IMG/VR virus record: IMGVR_UViG_3300025832_000011
Coordinates: 1-55,028 of that record
Reading direction: 5' to 3' (one strand)
Source of the DNA: a virus
Lineage: Duplodnaviria; Caudoviricetes
DNA: 55,028 nucleotides
Numbering within the stretch: the first letter of the stretch is position 1; every line of letters starts with the position of its first letter. Both the position numbers and the translations under genes were made by a program. Below the pieces are notes generated by a model. It saw only the letters and a program-made list of their open reading frames with translations. It had not been told where the DNA came from and made no database searches. Positions 1 through 8,589 of this stretch are shown in pieces.

Positions 1-3
1 TAG

Positions 4-30
4 AACCCCCGCCCCCGTGGCGGGGGTTTT
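4..30 (+). terminator. Rho-independent terminator-like hairpin
   Basis: AACCCCCGCC (4-13) / GGCGGGGGTT (19-28) 10-bp stem followed by TTCGTTT. Confidence 0.6.
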
Positions 31-49
31 CGTTTGCGCGCTCCACGGC

Positions 50-166
50 CCCGCCTATGGCCGTCCAGATCATGCCGCCCCCTTGCCGCCCGCCTATGGC
101 CGTCCAGATCATGCCGCCCCCTTGCCACCCGCCTATGGCCGTCCAGATCATGCCGCCCCCTTGCCG
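50..166. repeat. 3 x 39-bp tandem repeat
   Basis: CCCGCCTATGGCCGTCCAGATCATGCCGCCCCCTTGCC(G/A) at 50-88, 89-127, 128-166; one mismatch. Confidence 0.95.
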
Positions 167-180
167 CCCGCTACCCGGTA

Positions 181-230
181 AATAGGTCAGCATCCCTGTC
201 CTATTTTAGGTCAGCATAACTGTCCTATTA
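181..230. repeat. 2 x 24-bp tandem of an imperfect palindrome
   Basis: TAGGTCAGCATCCCTGTCCTATTT (183-206) and TAGGTCAGCATAACTGTCCTATTA (207-230). Confidence 0.8.
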
Positions 231-542
231 TTTCGCTCGTTTTCAGGGGACTATCGGTTGTTTATGGAACCTGATACCGTGCCTCGGAGTTGACTACCCA
301 TGGGGAATTTTTTCTGTGCTACTTTGCCGACCCAGCCCGTTCAAAATTTTTGGCCGCTACTTTGGGAGTCTGGCCCGTCGCAAAATTGCCGCCTATGCCC
401 ACCGGATCGTCGAACTCGCAATGCCCTCGACACTGTGCTACGCTGGCTGTACTGATAACGATCAGGCGAGGGCACAAAGCCACGCATTGTTCGATACTGC
501 CAGCCGGGAGCCTGTCGAGCACCTTCAACCCGGAGCCTGACA

Positions 543-1037
543 ATGGATAGCAAAATGACATCTTGGACCCTGAACGCCATGCTCGGAGCGATGGTCGCTT
601 CCGTGCTGCTTCTGCCCTCCCCTGCTGAGATCAAGAAAGCCATAGAGTTCAACCACTCGGACCCTGCTATCTCGCTGATCGAAAGACCAGACGAACCGGG
701 AGCCTTGATCACCATATCCGATGAAGAGTTTATCAATCCTGCGTCCATCGAACTCTCGTATGACCCTATCGTGGATTGCTTGGGAGAAAACCTCACGGGA
801 AGCACCATCAGCCTGCGCAAGTGCATCCCGGCCCTCGTTGAAGCGGTAGTCGAACACGACAACCAAGCGGAGCAGGAGAGGATGCTAGGCCGCACTGTGA
901 GACCCGAGCCGAAGATCGAGCAGATGCGTCTGGCTGTGATCAACGTGTGCCGGGCACAGTGGGCAGTTAAAGCAGGCACCGAAAACTCATTGAAGAACCA
1001 AGATTGCCTCGCCGTCAGCCAAGGTGTTGCTTACTGA
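543..1037 (+). CDS. Hypothetical protein with N-terminal hydrophobic signal/anchor
   Basis: 164 aa, GGAG RBS, hydrophobic N-terminus (LNAMLGAMVASVLLLP), four Cys. Confidence 0.75.
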   Translation: MDSKMTSWTLNAMLGAMVASVLLLPSPAEIKKAIEFNHSDPAISLIERPDEPGALITISDEEFINPASIELSYDPIVDCLGENLTGSTISLRKCIPALVEAVVEHDNQAEQERMLGRTVRPEPKIEQMRLAVINVCRAQWAVKAGTENSLKNQDCLAVSQGVAY

Positions 1038-1239
1038 GCGATTCGAGGATAAGTTCTCTCTGTCAGGAGAGATGCGTGGTCCCATACCATCGCAGGAAGC
1101 GGGTTCGTCGCGGGCTGGTCCCCCGCATAAACGAATCCGCTTCTATCGTTTCAACGGATCGCGCAAAACGAATCCTGAGCGACCATTTCACCAAAACGTG
1201 AGCGACTGAGGTCGAGCGACATTATTTTCGTAGGGGGGC

Positions 1240-1268
1240 TTGATAGGCAACCCACAGTAACCTATGTT
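1240..1268 (+). promoter_or_regulatory. sigma70-like early promoter
   Basis: TTGATA-N17-TATGTT upstream of the gene at 1308. Confidence 0.55.
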
Positions 1269-1307
1269 CAGTGGACAAGATTGATTCCCTGACCAAAGGA
1301 CCTGACC

Positions 1308-1622
1308 ATGCCCGACATGACGTATTACCAAGAACGCTTCCGCGATTGGCTCATGGAGTACAAGCGCGAACCTGATAGCCGAGATCGCATCACCCCCGGG
1401 AACCTCCGTATTGAGATAGCCAAGTTAGCCCTCGGTACGTTTGCCGTCACCAAGATTACCGATCTGACTTCGGATCAGGCCCGGCTTCTGTTGAAGGCTT
1501 TGAATATCGACGCTGCGAAGGCACAACCGCGCTCTCCTATGGTCACGCCCTTTACCCCGGACCCGACCAAGATCGAACTCACCATCCACGTAACCACCGA
1601 CCAGAAGAAAGTGACCCTATGA
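1308..1622 (+). CDS. Hypothetical protein
   Basis: 104 aa, AAAGGA RBS, ATGA overlap with next gene. Confidence 0.75.
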   Translation: MPDMTYYQERFRDWLMEYKREPDSRDRITPGNLRIEIAKLALGTFAVTKITDLTSDQARLLLKALNIDAAKAQPRSPMVTPFTPDPTKIELTIHVTTDQKKVTL

Positions 1623-1933
1623 CAATTTACGCACCAGACTACGCAGGCGCAGTCGTTTTCCGCTTCGTTGATACCCTCAACAAGATGCTGCACGATAGCC
1701 CCTCTTCCGCAGCCGCCCGTGAAGGGTCCCGCCGTCGCCGGATACGGGAAGCCAATCAGGCCAAGGCCATGAAGAAGTGGCACGCCAGCGCCACCAAGGC
1801 TCTCGACAAGATGCCCCCGTCACGGCAAGTGAAGCGCCGGATGGCACGGCAGGCAGTGGGCAGCAAGATTGCGCACCTGAAGAGCGAGACCATGCGCCAG
1901 AGCCTCCCCGGCGGCAGCGCAGCAACCCGCTAA
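1619..1933 (+). CDS. Basic Arg-rich hypothetical protein
   Basis: 104 aa, SRRRRIREANQAKA and SRQVKRRMAR segments; translationally coupled. Confidence 0.7.
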   Translation: MTIYAPDYAGAVVFRFVDTLNKMLHDSPSSAAAREGSRRRRIREANQAKAMKKWHASATKALDKMPPSRQVKRRMARQAVGSKIAHLKSETMRQSLPGGSAATR

Positions 1934-1992
1934 ACGGATTCGGCCTGAGCAATCGGGCCGATCCACACCCCCTGACATCGAGCGAGGACCAC

Positions 1993-2586
1993 ATGGCACG
2001 CATCCACCACCGCAAGGCCCGTAAAGATTACCCGGAGCACGGGATCAAGAAAGGCGATATGTACTATACCGCCCAGATCAAGACAGGCCCACGGTCGAGC
2101 CGCGTACTGCGCTCCCTGAAGCCTCTCAAGGCCAGTCAGATGACCACAAGCCCGTTCAGGCAGGACTACTATGCCATGCAGGAAGCATGGGACTCCACAG
2201 AGGCCCACACAGCCGAGGACATACGCTCTGCTGCCGAGGTGTGCCGCGAACTGTCTGAGCAGGCGTCCGAGTCCTTCGAGAACATGCCGGAGAGCCTGCA
2301 ACAGGCCGACACGGGCCAGATGCTTGAGAACCGCCGTGACGAGTGCGAGAGCAAGGCCGATGATCTGGACGGATTCGCTGACGAGTTTGAGGGTTTGGAA
2401 GAACCTGAAGAACCCGACGAGTTCGAGGATACCGACGAGCCGGGCATGGACCACACATACGACGAGCGCATGGCTGAGTGGCAAGAGTTGCACGACGACT
2501 ATGCTACGGCCATGGCTGAGTTGTCCGAAGAGCAAGAGCGCATCATCGGCGAAGCCGCCGAACTGATCGGAGATATGCCAGAATGA
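1993..2586 (+). CDS. Hypothetical protein, basic N-terminus and strongly acidic helical C-terminus
   Basis: Start reassigned to ATG 1993 (GAGGA RBS) within ORF 1777..2586; MARIHHRKARKDY... Confidence 0.8.
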   Translation: MARIHHRKARKDYPEHGIKKGDMYYTAQIKTGPRSSRVLRSLKPLKASQMTTSPFRQDYYAMQEAWDSTEAHTAEDIRSAAEVCRELSEQASESFENMPESLQQADTGQMLENRRDECESKADDLDGFADEFEGLEEPEEPDEFEDTDEPGMDHTYDERMAEWQELHDDYATAMAELSEEQERIIGEAAELIGDMPE

Positions 2587-3170
2587 ACGACTCAACCAAA
2601 GGAACCGCCCCAATGACTAAATTCCGCATCCAGATCGGCACGAAGATGATCGAAGACATGCTCAACGCCAAGCCCGAGGAACTGGACATCGGGGCGATTG
2701 AGTACAACCTGCACCGCATGGTTCGGTTCTCCAACGCTCAGGGTGCTCTGACGATCCACCAGCACCGTTGCCTCGTGCAGCGCATGTTTGCGATAGACCA
2801 CCTCCGGCTGGACCCTCTGATCGACTTGAACGAGGCCATGTACGACAAGTGCTTCGATTGGTGCTACCACCACGACGATCACGAAGGCATCACGGGCGAC
2901 ATCGTGGCCCCTGTGAAGACTGCCATCGTCAGTGAGACCAACATCCTGCAACGGATCGAGGACTCTCTCGACGCCGCTCTGTGCGCGGCCCGTGGCGTTG
3001 AGAACCCGTCCGAGATAGTCCGAGGGATCGTCCACCGCTATGACAAGGCAGCCGAGACCCTTGAGTGGGTGTTCGCCATGAACCGAGAGGCTACCGATTG
3101 GAACCACCGCTGCCCCCAGCATCTCATTGAGACAGGGCCGAGCCTGATCGAGTGGGCGCGTTCCCAATGA
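2583..3170 (+). CDS. HD-superfamily phosphohydrolase (YfbR-like 5'-deoxynucleotidase family)
   Basis: RFSN...TIHQH and HHDDHEGITGDIVAPVK match the RFxGH...SVAQH / HDAxEAYxGDIxxPxK pattern; alternative start 2613. Confidence 0.75.
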   Translation: MNDSTKGTAPMTKFRIQIGTKMIEDMLNAKPEELDIGAIEYNLHRMVRFSNAQGALTIHQHRCLVQRMFAIDHLRLDPLIDLNEAMYDKCFDWCYHHDDHEGITGDIVAPVKTAIVSETNILQRIEDSLDAALCAARGVENPSEIVRGIVHRYDKAAETLEWVFAMNREATDWNHRCPQHLIETGPSLIEWARSQ

Positions 3171-3787
3171 AGGACCCGCAAGCCCACATCGACTTGGTTC
3201 GCGTGCAGGACGGCTCTGTGACCTATCAGGCCCAGCGGCTCTGCTGCTCGCACCCGAACTGCAAAGAGACCTTCAACATGAAGAAGAAGGGGGTTCTCAA
3301 GCCGCCAGAGGCCGTGTGCCGGATGGCCAAGAATAAGGGATGGCTCCCAGACCTGAAGAAAGGTGGCCATCTCTGCTCCATTCACAACCCCAACAGCGAG
3401 GACCAGAAACCCATGGCTCACACAACGCGCCCTCTGCCAAAAGCATCGCCCACCCCTCGGGAGATGACTGTCCAAGATCGCCGCACGATCTTCCGCGAGA
3501 TTGATGACTGCTACGATGAATCACGGCAAGCCTACGTGTTCGAGGTCACGGACAAGACCATCGCCGAGAAGCTGAAGATGCCGTGGGGTTGGGTTGCAAA
3601 GGTCCGCGAAGAGAACTTCGGTCCTGCTGGCCCCGATCCCCGCATCGGGCAGATTATCGACCGCTTGGAGACTCTGAGCAAACAGGTTGCGCTGCTCGAA
3701 AAGCGCGCTCTCGAAACGGCTGAAGAAGCCGAGACAATCGCCAAGGAACTCCGTGAGTCCAAGGCCAAGATGGAGGCTCTGATATGA
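3167..3787 (+). CDS. Hypothetical protein (Cys/His N-terminus, HTH-like middle, coiled-coil C-terminus)
   Basis: ATGA overlap at 3167; CCSHPNC...CSIH; TDKTIAEKLKMPWGWVAKVRE. Confidence 0.75.
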   Translation: MKDPQAHIDLVRVQDGSVTYQAQRLCCSHPNCKETFNMKKKGVLKPPEAVCRMAKNKGWLPDLKKGGHLCSIHNPNSEDQKPMAHTTRPLPKASPTPREMTVQDRRTIFREIDDCYDESRQAYVFEVTDKTIAEKLKMPWGWVAKVREENFGPAGPDPRIGQIIDRLETLSKQVALLEKRALETAEEAETIAKELRESKAKMEALI

Positions 3788-4248
3788 GCGACAAGTACCC
3801 CAAGGGGAACAACGACACGTACAACGTGCTCCCCGGAACCTCTGATCGGGAGAGTTTCGGGAGCCGGGCCATGAAGGACTTCCGGGCGAAGTTCGCCTCT
3901 GGTGGTGTCGTGAACCCAGATCGTTATCTGGTGGGTGAGAGGCCCACCCCGTTCCTTCAGCCACTAGACCGGATGGCCCAGACGGACTTCTCGGATATTG
4001 AGACCCGTGTCTCGGCCCATATGGGGATTCCGCCTGACCGATTGGGCAGGCGTGATTTAGCTGATGCCGAGCAGGAGCACGCTTGGGAGCAGGTTGGGGT
4101 CGTCATGGATCAGATAATGAAGAGCATCCTTTTCGATTGCTTCCACAGCTTGGGGGGCGTCTTCGGTCTTGAGGACGCCCAACAGAACATAGACGAAGAG
4201 GGGTGTGGTGCTTTCTTCGCAGCCGCACGGGAGGTGGTATATGGATGA
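3784..4248 (+). CDS. Hypothetical protein containing a PolA motif A-like peptide
   Basis: 154 aa, GGAGG RBS, ATGA overlap; DFSDIETRVSAHMG. Confidence 0.7.
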   Translation: MSDKYPKGNNDTYNVLPGTSDRESFGSRAMKDFRAKFASGGVVNPDRYLVGERPTPFLQPLDRMAQTDFSDIETRVSAHMGIPPDRLGRRDLADAEQEHAWEQVGVVMDQIMKSILFDCFHSLGGVFGLEDAQQNIDEEGCGAFFAAAREVVYG

Positions 4249-4483
4249 TATTGATCGTAGAGCCGCAATCCTGACGCGCCGGGCGAGGATGATGGTCAAC
4301 CCGTTACGGGAGGACGGGTTCACGCCGATGGAAGCCGCCGTAGTGTGTCTCCGGGCAGCCACTTTCTGCGTGTCATGCAGCCAAGAAGGCATGGACAAGA
4401 AGACCGAGGAACTTCTCCGGTCGGCCCTCGAAGCCTTCATCGCGGACCCAGACCTGAACAGAGGCCCTGCCGATGGCGGGTAA
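4241..4483 (+). CDS. Hypothetical protein
   Basis: ATG 4241 with GGAGG RBS inside ORF 4205..4483. Confidence 0.65.
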   Translation: MDDIDRRAAILTRRARMMVNPLREDGFTPMEAAVVCLRAATFCVSCSQEGMDKKTEELLRSALEAFIADPDLNRGPADGG

Positions 4484-4706
4484 ATCTTGGGTGTTCTCAG
4501 CCCTGCTGTGCAACCACTGCAACCGCGTCATCTATGGCCACCAATCTCTGCGCAATAACGTGCGCCGTTCCCTACTTGAGAAGGGCGCACGTGAGGTTGG
4601 GGGAGTGAAGAGCCACGAAGATTGGTACTGCTGCCGAGGCTGCCGTACCGCCCACCAGATCAGCCCCGGCATGAAAAACCGCAGCATATTGCTATCAACC
4701 ACTTGA
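4473..4706 (+). CDS. Small putative zinc-binding protein
   Basis: 77 aa, CNHC...CCRGC. Confidence 0.55.
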   Translation: MAGKSWVFSALLCNHCNRVIYGHQSLRNNVRRSLLEKGAREVGGVKSHEDWYCCRGCRTAHQISPGMKNRSILLSTT

Positions 4707-4761
4707 TGCACACTACAAGTTGTACCATGAAGGTCCTTATGACCAAACTCAGGAGAATTTA

Positions 4762-7383
4762 ATGTCACGTTTCGCAGCCCCTATCGCAGAGCAAATCTGG
4801 GATATGAAATACCGTTTCAAAACAGCAGACGGCACGCCCATTGACGAAAACGTCGAAGCCACATGGGAGCGTATCGCCCATGCCCTGTCGGCCCCAGATA
4901 CCGCAGGACCCAACCGCAATGCAGGCAAAGCCGTTCGCCGCGATTTCTATGAAGCCCTCGAAGATTTCAAGTACCTGCCCGCTGGCCGGATCATCGCAGG
5001 CGCGGGCACAGAACGCACCGTCACGCTCTTCAACTGCTTTGTCATGGGCACCATCCCTGACTCGATGTCTGGCATCTTCGAGATGTTGAAAGAGGCCGCG
5101 CTCACCATGCAGCAGGGGGGTGGCATCGGCTACGACTTCAGCACGATCCGGCCCAAGACCTCGTGGGTCAAGGGCGTGGACTCAGACGCCTCGGGGCCTC
5201 TCTCGTTCATGGACTGCTGGGACGCCATGTGTCGCACCGTCATGTCCGCAGGCAACCGCCGTGGTGCGATGATGGCGACCATGCGCTGCGATCACCCCGA
5301 CATCATGGACTTCATCACGGCCAAGAAGGACCCGACGAAACTGCGCATGTTCAACCTGTCCGTTCTGGTCACAGACGACTTCATGGAAGCGGTCAAGTCC
5401 GACTCAGCATGGGACCTCGTGCATGTCGAGCCGTACAAGAGCCGGGGCACAGACGGCCCTATCCTCGACCACAAGGGGTCCGATACGCGGGGCCGCGATG
5501 ACCTGCCTCGCTACATCCACGAGACCGTTCGTGCCCGCGATCTCTGGAACGCGATCATGGAGAGCACCTACGCTCAGGCCGAGCCGGGCGTCATCTTCAT
5601 CGACCGGATCAACCGGACCAACAACCTCAACTATGTCGAGACCATCGCAGCCACCAACCCCTGCGGCGAACAGCCTTTGCCGCCCTACGGTGCCTGCCTT
5701 CTCGGGTCGATCAACCTCGCCCGCCTGATCAAGGGGGCCTTCACCCCGGTAGCCGGGATCAAGGAAGACGAACTGCGCAAATTGGTCAGAACTGCCGTTC
5801 GCATGATGGACAACGTGGTGGATGTGTCGAACTTCCCTCTCGACGCCCAGCGCGCCGAAGCTAAGGCCAAGCGCCGCATCGGTCTGGGGGTCACTGGCCT
5901 CGCCAACGCTCTGGCCATGTGCGGCCTGACCTACGGCTCCGATAGGGCCGTGGCTCGCACAGGGGCGTGGATGCGCATCATTGACGAAGCTGCATACGCA
6001 GCCTCGGTCGATCTGGCTCGGGAGAAGGGCGCGTTCCCTCTGTTCGACGCAGACAAGTTCCTCGCTCCGGGCACGCACGCCTCGGAACTGCCGATGAACC
6101 TGCAAGAGGACATCCGTGAGTTCGGCATCCGCAACGCCCTGCTGACCAGCATCGCGCCCACCGGAACGATCAGCCTGTACGCAGGCAACGTATCCTCTGG
6201 GATCGAGCCTGTCTTCGCTCATGGCTACACCCGTAAGGTGCTTCAGAAGGACGGCAGCAAGACCGAAGAGCGCGTGGAAGATTACGCAGTCGCCGAGTAC
6301 CGCGAGAAGTGGGAGAACGGCGACTTCAACGGCGGTATGCCACCCGTCCCTGCGTTCGACCCGGACAAGCACTTGCCTGACTACTTCGTCACCGCCCAGA
6401 CTCTCTCGCCGATGGATCATGTGCGGATGCAGGCCGTGGCCCAGCGCCATGTGGACAGTTCGATCTCCAAGACGATCAACTGCCCCGAGGACATCTCGTT
6501 CGAAGACTTCAAAGAGGTATACATGGCCGCTTGGGACTCCGGTTGCAAAGGCTGCACCACCTACCGTCCGAACGACATCACAGGCTCAGTGCTGAGCGTG
6601 GACGAGAAACCCAAGACAGTCGAGGTCGAGGCCGAGGACGAAGAGTATCCAACGACGAAGCAGGCCATCGGCATCGCAGCAGGGGCCGATAAGACATACG
6701 AACAGGTCTTAGCTGACTTTCCGCAGCCAGAGTGGCATGTCAACAACGGGATCGGGTCGATCCCAGAAGCCCTGCCTGCCCGTCCCGATGAACTGCTGGG
6801 GGCAACCTACAAGATCAAGGTGGGGGATCAGAAGGCGGTCTATCTCACGATCAATGATGTGGTAGAATCGGACGGCACGGTTCGGCCTTTCGAGATATTC
6901 CTGCGGTCGAGCGACCCGACACATGACGAGTGGATGGTTGCGGTGGCCCAGCTTGCCTCTGCGGTGATGCGTCGTCCCCATGACGCTTCGTTCATAGGCC
7001 CTCGCCTCATGCGGATCGCGTCAGCCAACTCTGGCGGCTTCCAGAAGGGGGAAGGCTACCAGCCCAGCCTCGTGGCTGCTATCGGTCGCCAGATCAAGGC
7101 TCACACCGAACGGTGCTCTGCGAAGACTCCGAACATGAAGTGGGCGTTAGAGTTGCCCGAACTGGACGTGGACTCTGAACGGTACACTCGGGCCAAGGCG
7201 TTCATGGATAACATGGAGCGGAACTCTTCGACTCTCTATGATTGCCCTCCCGATGCGGATCACGGCCCGTCCAAACTCAGCCACCCTCTCCATACGGCCT
7301 GCGCTGCGTGTGGGAGTTTCAATATCAAGCACGAAAGCGGCTGCTCGTCTTGTGCCGATTGCGGCAACTCTTCTTGCGGCTGA
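4762..7383 (+). CDS. nrdJ: Class II (adenosylcobalamin-dependent) ribonucleotide reductase with C-terminal TSCPD-like domain and zinc ribbon
   Basis: PAGRI, TLFNCFV, GGGIG, RRGA, TNPCGEQPL, IAPTGTIS, SISKTIN, KGCTTYR; C-terminal CxxC...CxxCxxC; AGGAG RBS before ATG 4762; no small-subunit gene. Confidence 0.95.
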   Translation: MSRFAAPIAEQIWDMKYRFKTADGTPIDENVEATWERIAHALSAPDTAGPNRNAGKAVRRDFYEALEDFKYLPAGRIIAGAGTERTVTLFNCFVMGTIPDSMSGIFEMLKEAALTMQQGGGIGYDFSTIRPKTSWVKGVDSDASGPLSFMDCWDAMCRTVMSAGNRRGAMMATMRCDHPDIMDFITAKKDPTKLRMFNLSVLVTDDFMEAVKSDSAWDLVHVEPYKSRGTDGPILDHKGSDTRGRDDLPRYIHETVRARDLWNAIMESTYAQAEPGVIFIDRINRTNNLNYVETIAATNPCGEQPLPPYGACLLGSINLARLIKGAFTPVAGIKEDELRKLVRTAVRMMDNVVDVSNFPLDAQRAEAKAKRRIGLGVTGLANALAMCGLTYGSDRAVARTGAWMRIIDEAAYAASVDLAREKGAFPLFDADKFLAPGTHASELPMNLQEDIREFGIRNALLTSIAPTGTISLYAGNVSSGIEPVFAHGYTRKVLQKDGSKTEERVEDYAVAEYREKWENGDFNGGMPPVPAFDPDKHLPDYFVTAQTLSPMDHVRMQAVAQRHVDSSISKTINCPEDISFEDFKEVYMAAWDSGCKGCTTYRPNDITGSVLSVDEKPKTVEVEAEDEEYPTTKQAIGIAAGADKTYEQVLADFPQPEWHVNNGIGSIPEALPARPDELLGATYKIKVGDQKAVYLTINDVVESDGTVRPFEIFLRSSDPTHDEWMVAVAQLASAVMRRPHDASFIGPRLMRIASANSGGFQKGEGYQPSLVAAIGRQIKAHTERCSAKTPNMKWALELPELDVDSERYTRAKAFMDNMERNSSTLYDCPPDADHGPSKLSHPLHTACAACGSFNIKHESGCSSCADCGNSSCG

Positions 7384-7403
7384 GAAAATCCCACAAAAAT
7401 TGG

Positions 7404-7467
7404 GGGGCCGGATTCAGTTTTGGCCCCTCGGATTTCTTAGACGCCTCCGAGGCGTCTTAAAATCCGA
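7404..7467. terminator. Two adjacent stem-loops after nrdJ
   Basis: GGGGCCGGA/TTTGGCCCC (7404-7427) and TCGGATTT..AGACGCCTC-C-GAGGCGTCT..AAATCCGA (7428-7467). Confidence 0.55.
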
Positions 7468-7493
7468 TTAGCAACTTTTCTTTGCTCATGGGG

Positions 7494-7522
7494 TTGAAGG
7501 TCTACCAACAGTAGCCTATATG
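7494..7522 (+). promoter_or_regulatory. sigma70-like promoter
   Basis: TTGAAG-N17-TATATG; spacer CCAACAGTAGCC resembles CCCACAGTAACC of the 1240 promoter. Confidence 0.45.
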
Positions 7523-7557
7523 TCAGTCACCGAACCCATCTCTACCCGGAGGACTCT

Positions 7558-7878
7558 ATGACTGCCACATTGAACATGACCGATCGTATGCTCCGCATCT
7601 TTAAGGAGATGCCAGAGCACCTTGAGGACCTTCCCACCTCCCGTTACGCGGTACTCTGGAACTACAAGGTAGTGGCCAACAGCGAGGACCATGATGGCGA
7701 ACTGGTGTGGGACGAAGGGATCGAATTTCTGAGTGACGCGGTAGAAAAGATGCACGAGGTCTATGAGGTCTTGCAAAAAGTCGAGGACTTTTGGGAAATA
7801 TCCCTGTGCGTAGAGACCCGCTGGACTGCGCATACCCACAAGACGGAAGAAAGCGAAGCCGATGACCAAGGATCGTGA
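7558..7878 (+). CDS. Hypothetical acidic protein
   Basis: 106 aa, GGAGG RBS. Confidence 0.7.
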   Translation: MTATLNMTDRMLRIFKEMPEHLEDLPTSRYAVLWNYKVVANSEDHDGELVWDEGIEFLSDAVEKMHEVYEVLQKVEDFWEISLCVETRWTAHTHKTEESEADDQGS

Positions 7879-8173
7879 GCAGAAGGAAGAAGAGTTTTGG
7901 GCCTACCACAGGCGCAATCCCCATGTGTACGAGTGGTTCGACCGCCTGACCCGTTACACTCTGTCCAAGGGCTGCAAGCACACCTCAGCCTACCTAATCT
8001 TCGAACAGATTAGGTGGGAGACCGGGGTCGAAGCGCAGGGAGACGAGTGGAAGGTCAACAATAACCACAGACCCTATTACGCCCGCCTCTGGATGGACCG
8101 TAACCCCGAGCACGAAGGTTATATGTTCGTCCGTGGCCCCCGCCACTTCCAATACGATTTTCACCTGATCTAG
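7862..8173 (+). CDS. Conserved-type phage hypothetical protein
   Basis: 103 aa; NPHVYEWF...IRWE...NNNHRPYYAR pattern. Confidence 0.75.
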   Translation: MTKDREQKEEEFWAYHRRNPHVYEWFDRLTRYTLSKGCKHTSAYLIFEQIRWETGVEAQGDEWKVNNNHRPYYARLWMDRNPEHEGYMFVRGPRHFQYDFHLI

Positions 8174-8184
8174 GAGACCAAGTA

Positions 8185-8589
8185 ATGTACTATGACATCA
8201 TCCCCCACCTCGCCCGGCAGGTTGCGTTCAGCCGCGCCACGTTCGGCCCCGGCCCACGCACCAAGGGGGTCACGGACCACATCCGCAAGGAACTGGTCGA
8301 GGTCGAAGCCGTCTACGAAGCGCACGACAAGCTGACCACGGACCCCTACGATTGGTCCACGCACACCACTGCTGCATTGGAGTGGACTGACGTGGCTATA
8401 CTCGCTCTTGACGGCCTGCTGCGCTCCATATGGGCCGCCAACCCGAACTGGTCGTCAGAGCAGGTAGCCGAAGAAGCCGTGGCTCACCTTCGCCAGAAGC
8501 AGGGCAAGAACGAACGCCGGGAGTGGCCCGATTGGCGCACCGCTGCGCCCGGCAAAGCAATCGAACACGTTCGCGGAATCGAAGACTGA
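8185..8589 (+). CDS. DUF550 family dATP/dGTP pyrophosphohydrolase (MazG-like fold)
   Basis: TFGPG..KGVTDHIRKELVEV, EWTDVAILALDG, KQGKNERREWPDWR, AIEHVR. Confidence 0.85.
   Translation: MYYDIIPHLARQVAFSRATFGPGPRTKGVTDHIRKELVEVEAVYEAHDKLTTDPYDWSTHTTAALEWTDVAILALDGLLRSIWAANPNWSSEQVAEEAVAHLRQKQGKNERREWPDWRTAAPGKAIEHVRGIED

Noticed and set aside
50-166. CRISPR array, or the 61-aa ORF 34..219
   Set aside because: Units are contiguous with no unique spacers; the ORF only reflects the 39-bp period and lacks an RBS
290-561. Short ORFs 290..550, 316..540 and 319..561
   Set aside because: No RBS or recognisable motifs; region looks regulatory
5404-6450. Long antisense ORFs (also 37331..38551, 45894..46826, 48581..49591 and similar)
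   Set aside because: Shadows of high-GC codon bias opposite well-supported genes; no motifs
4762-7383. Intein or intron in nrdJ (also checked polA and terL)
   Set aside because: Reading frames are continuous, lengths are ordinary, and no splice-junction or homing-endonuclease motifs were seen
2583-8589. 2-aminoadenine (Z) genome pathway
   Set aside because: No PurZ/PurA-like ORF recognised in the window
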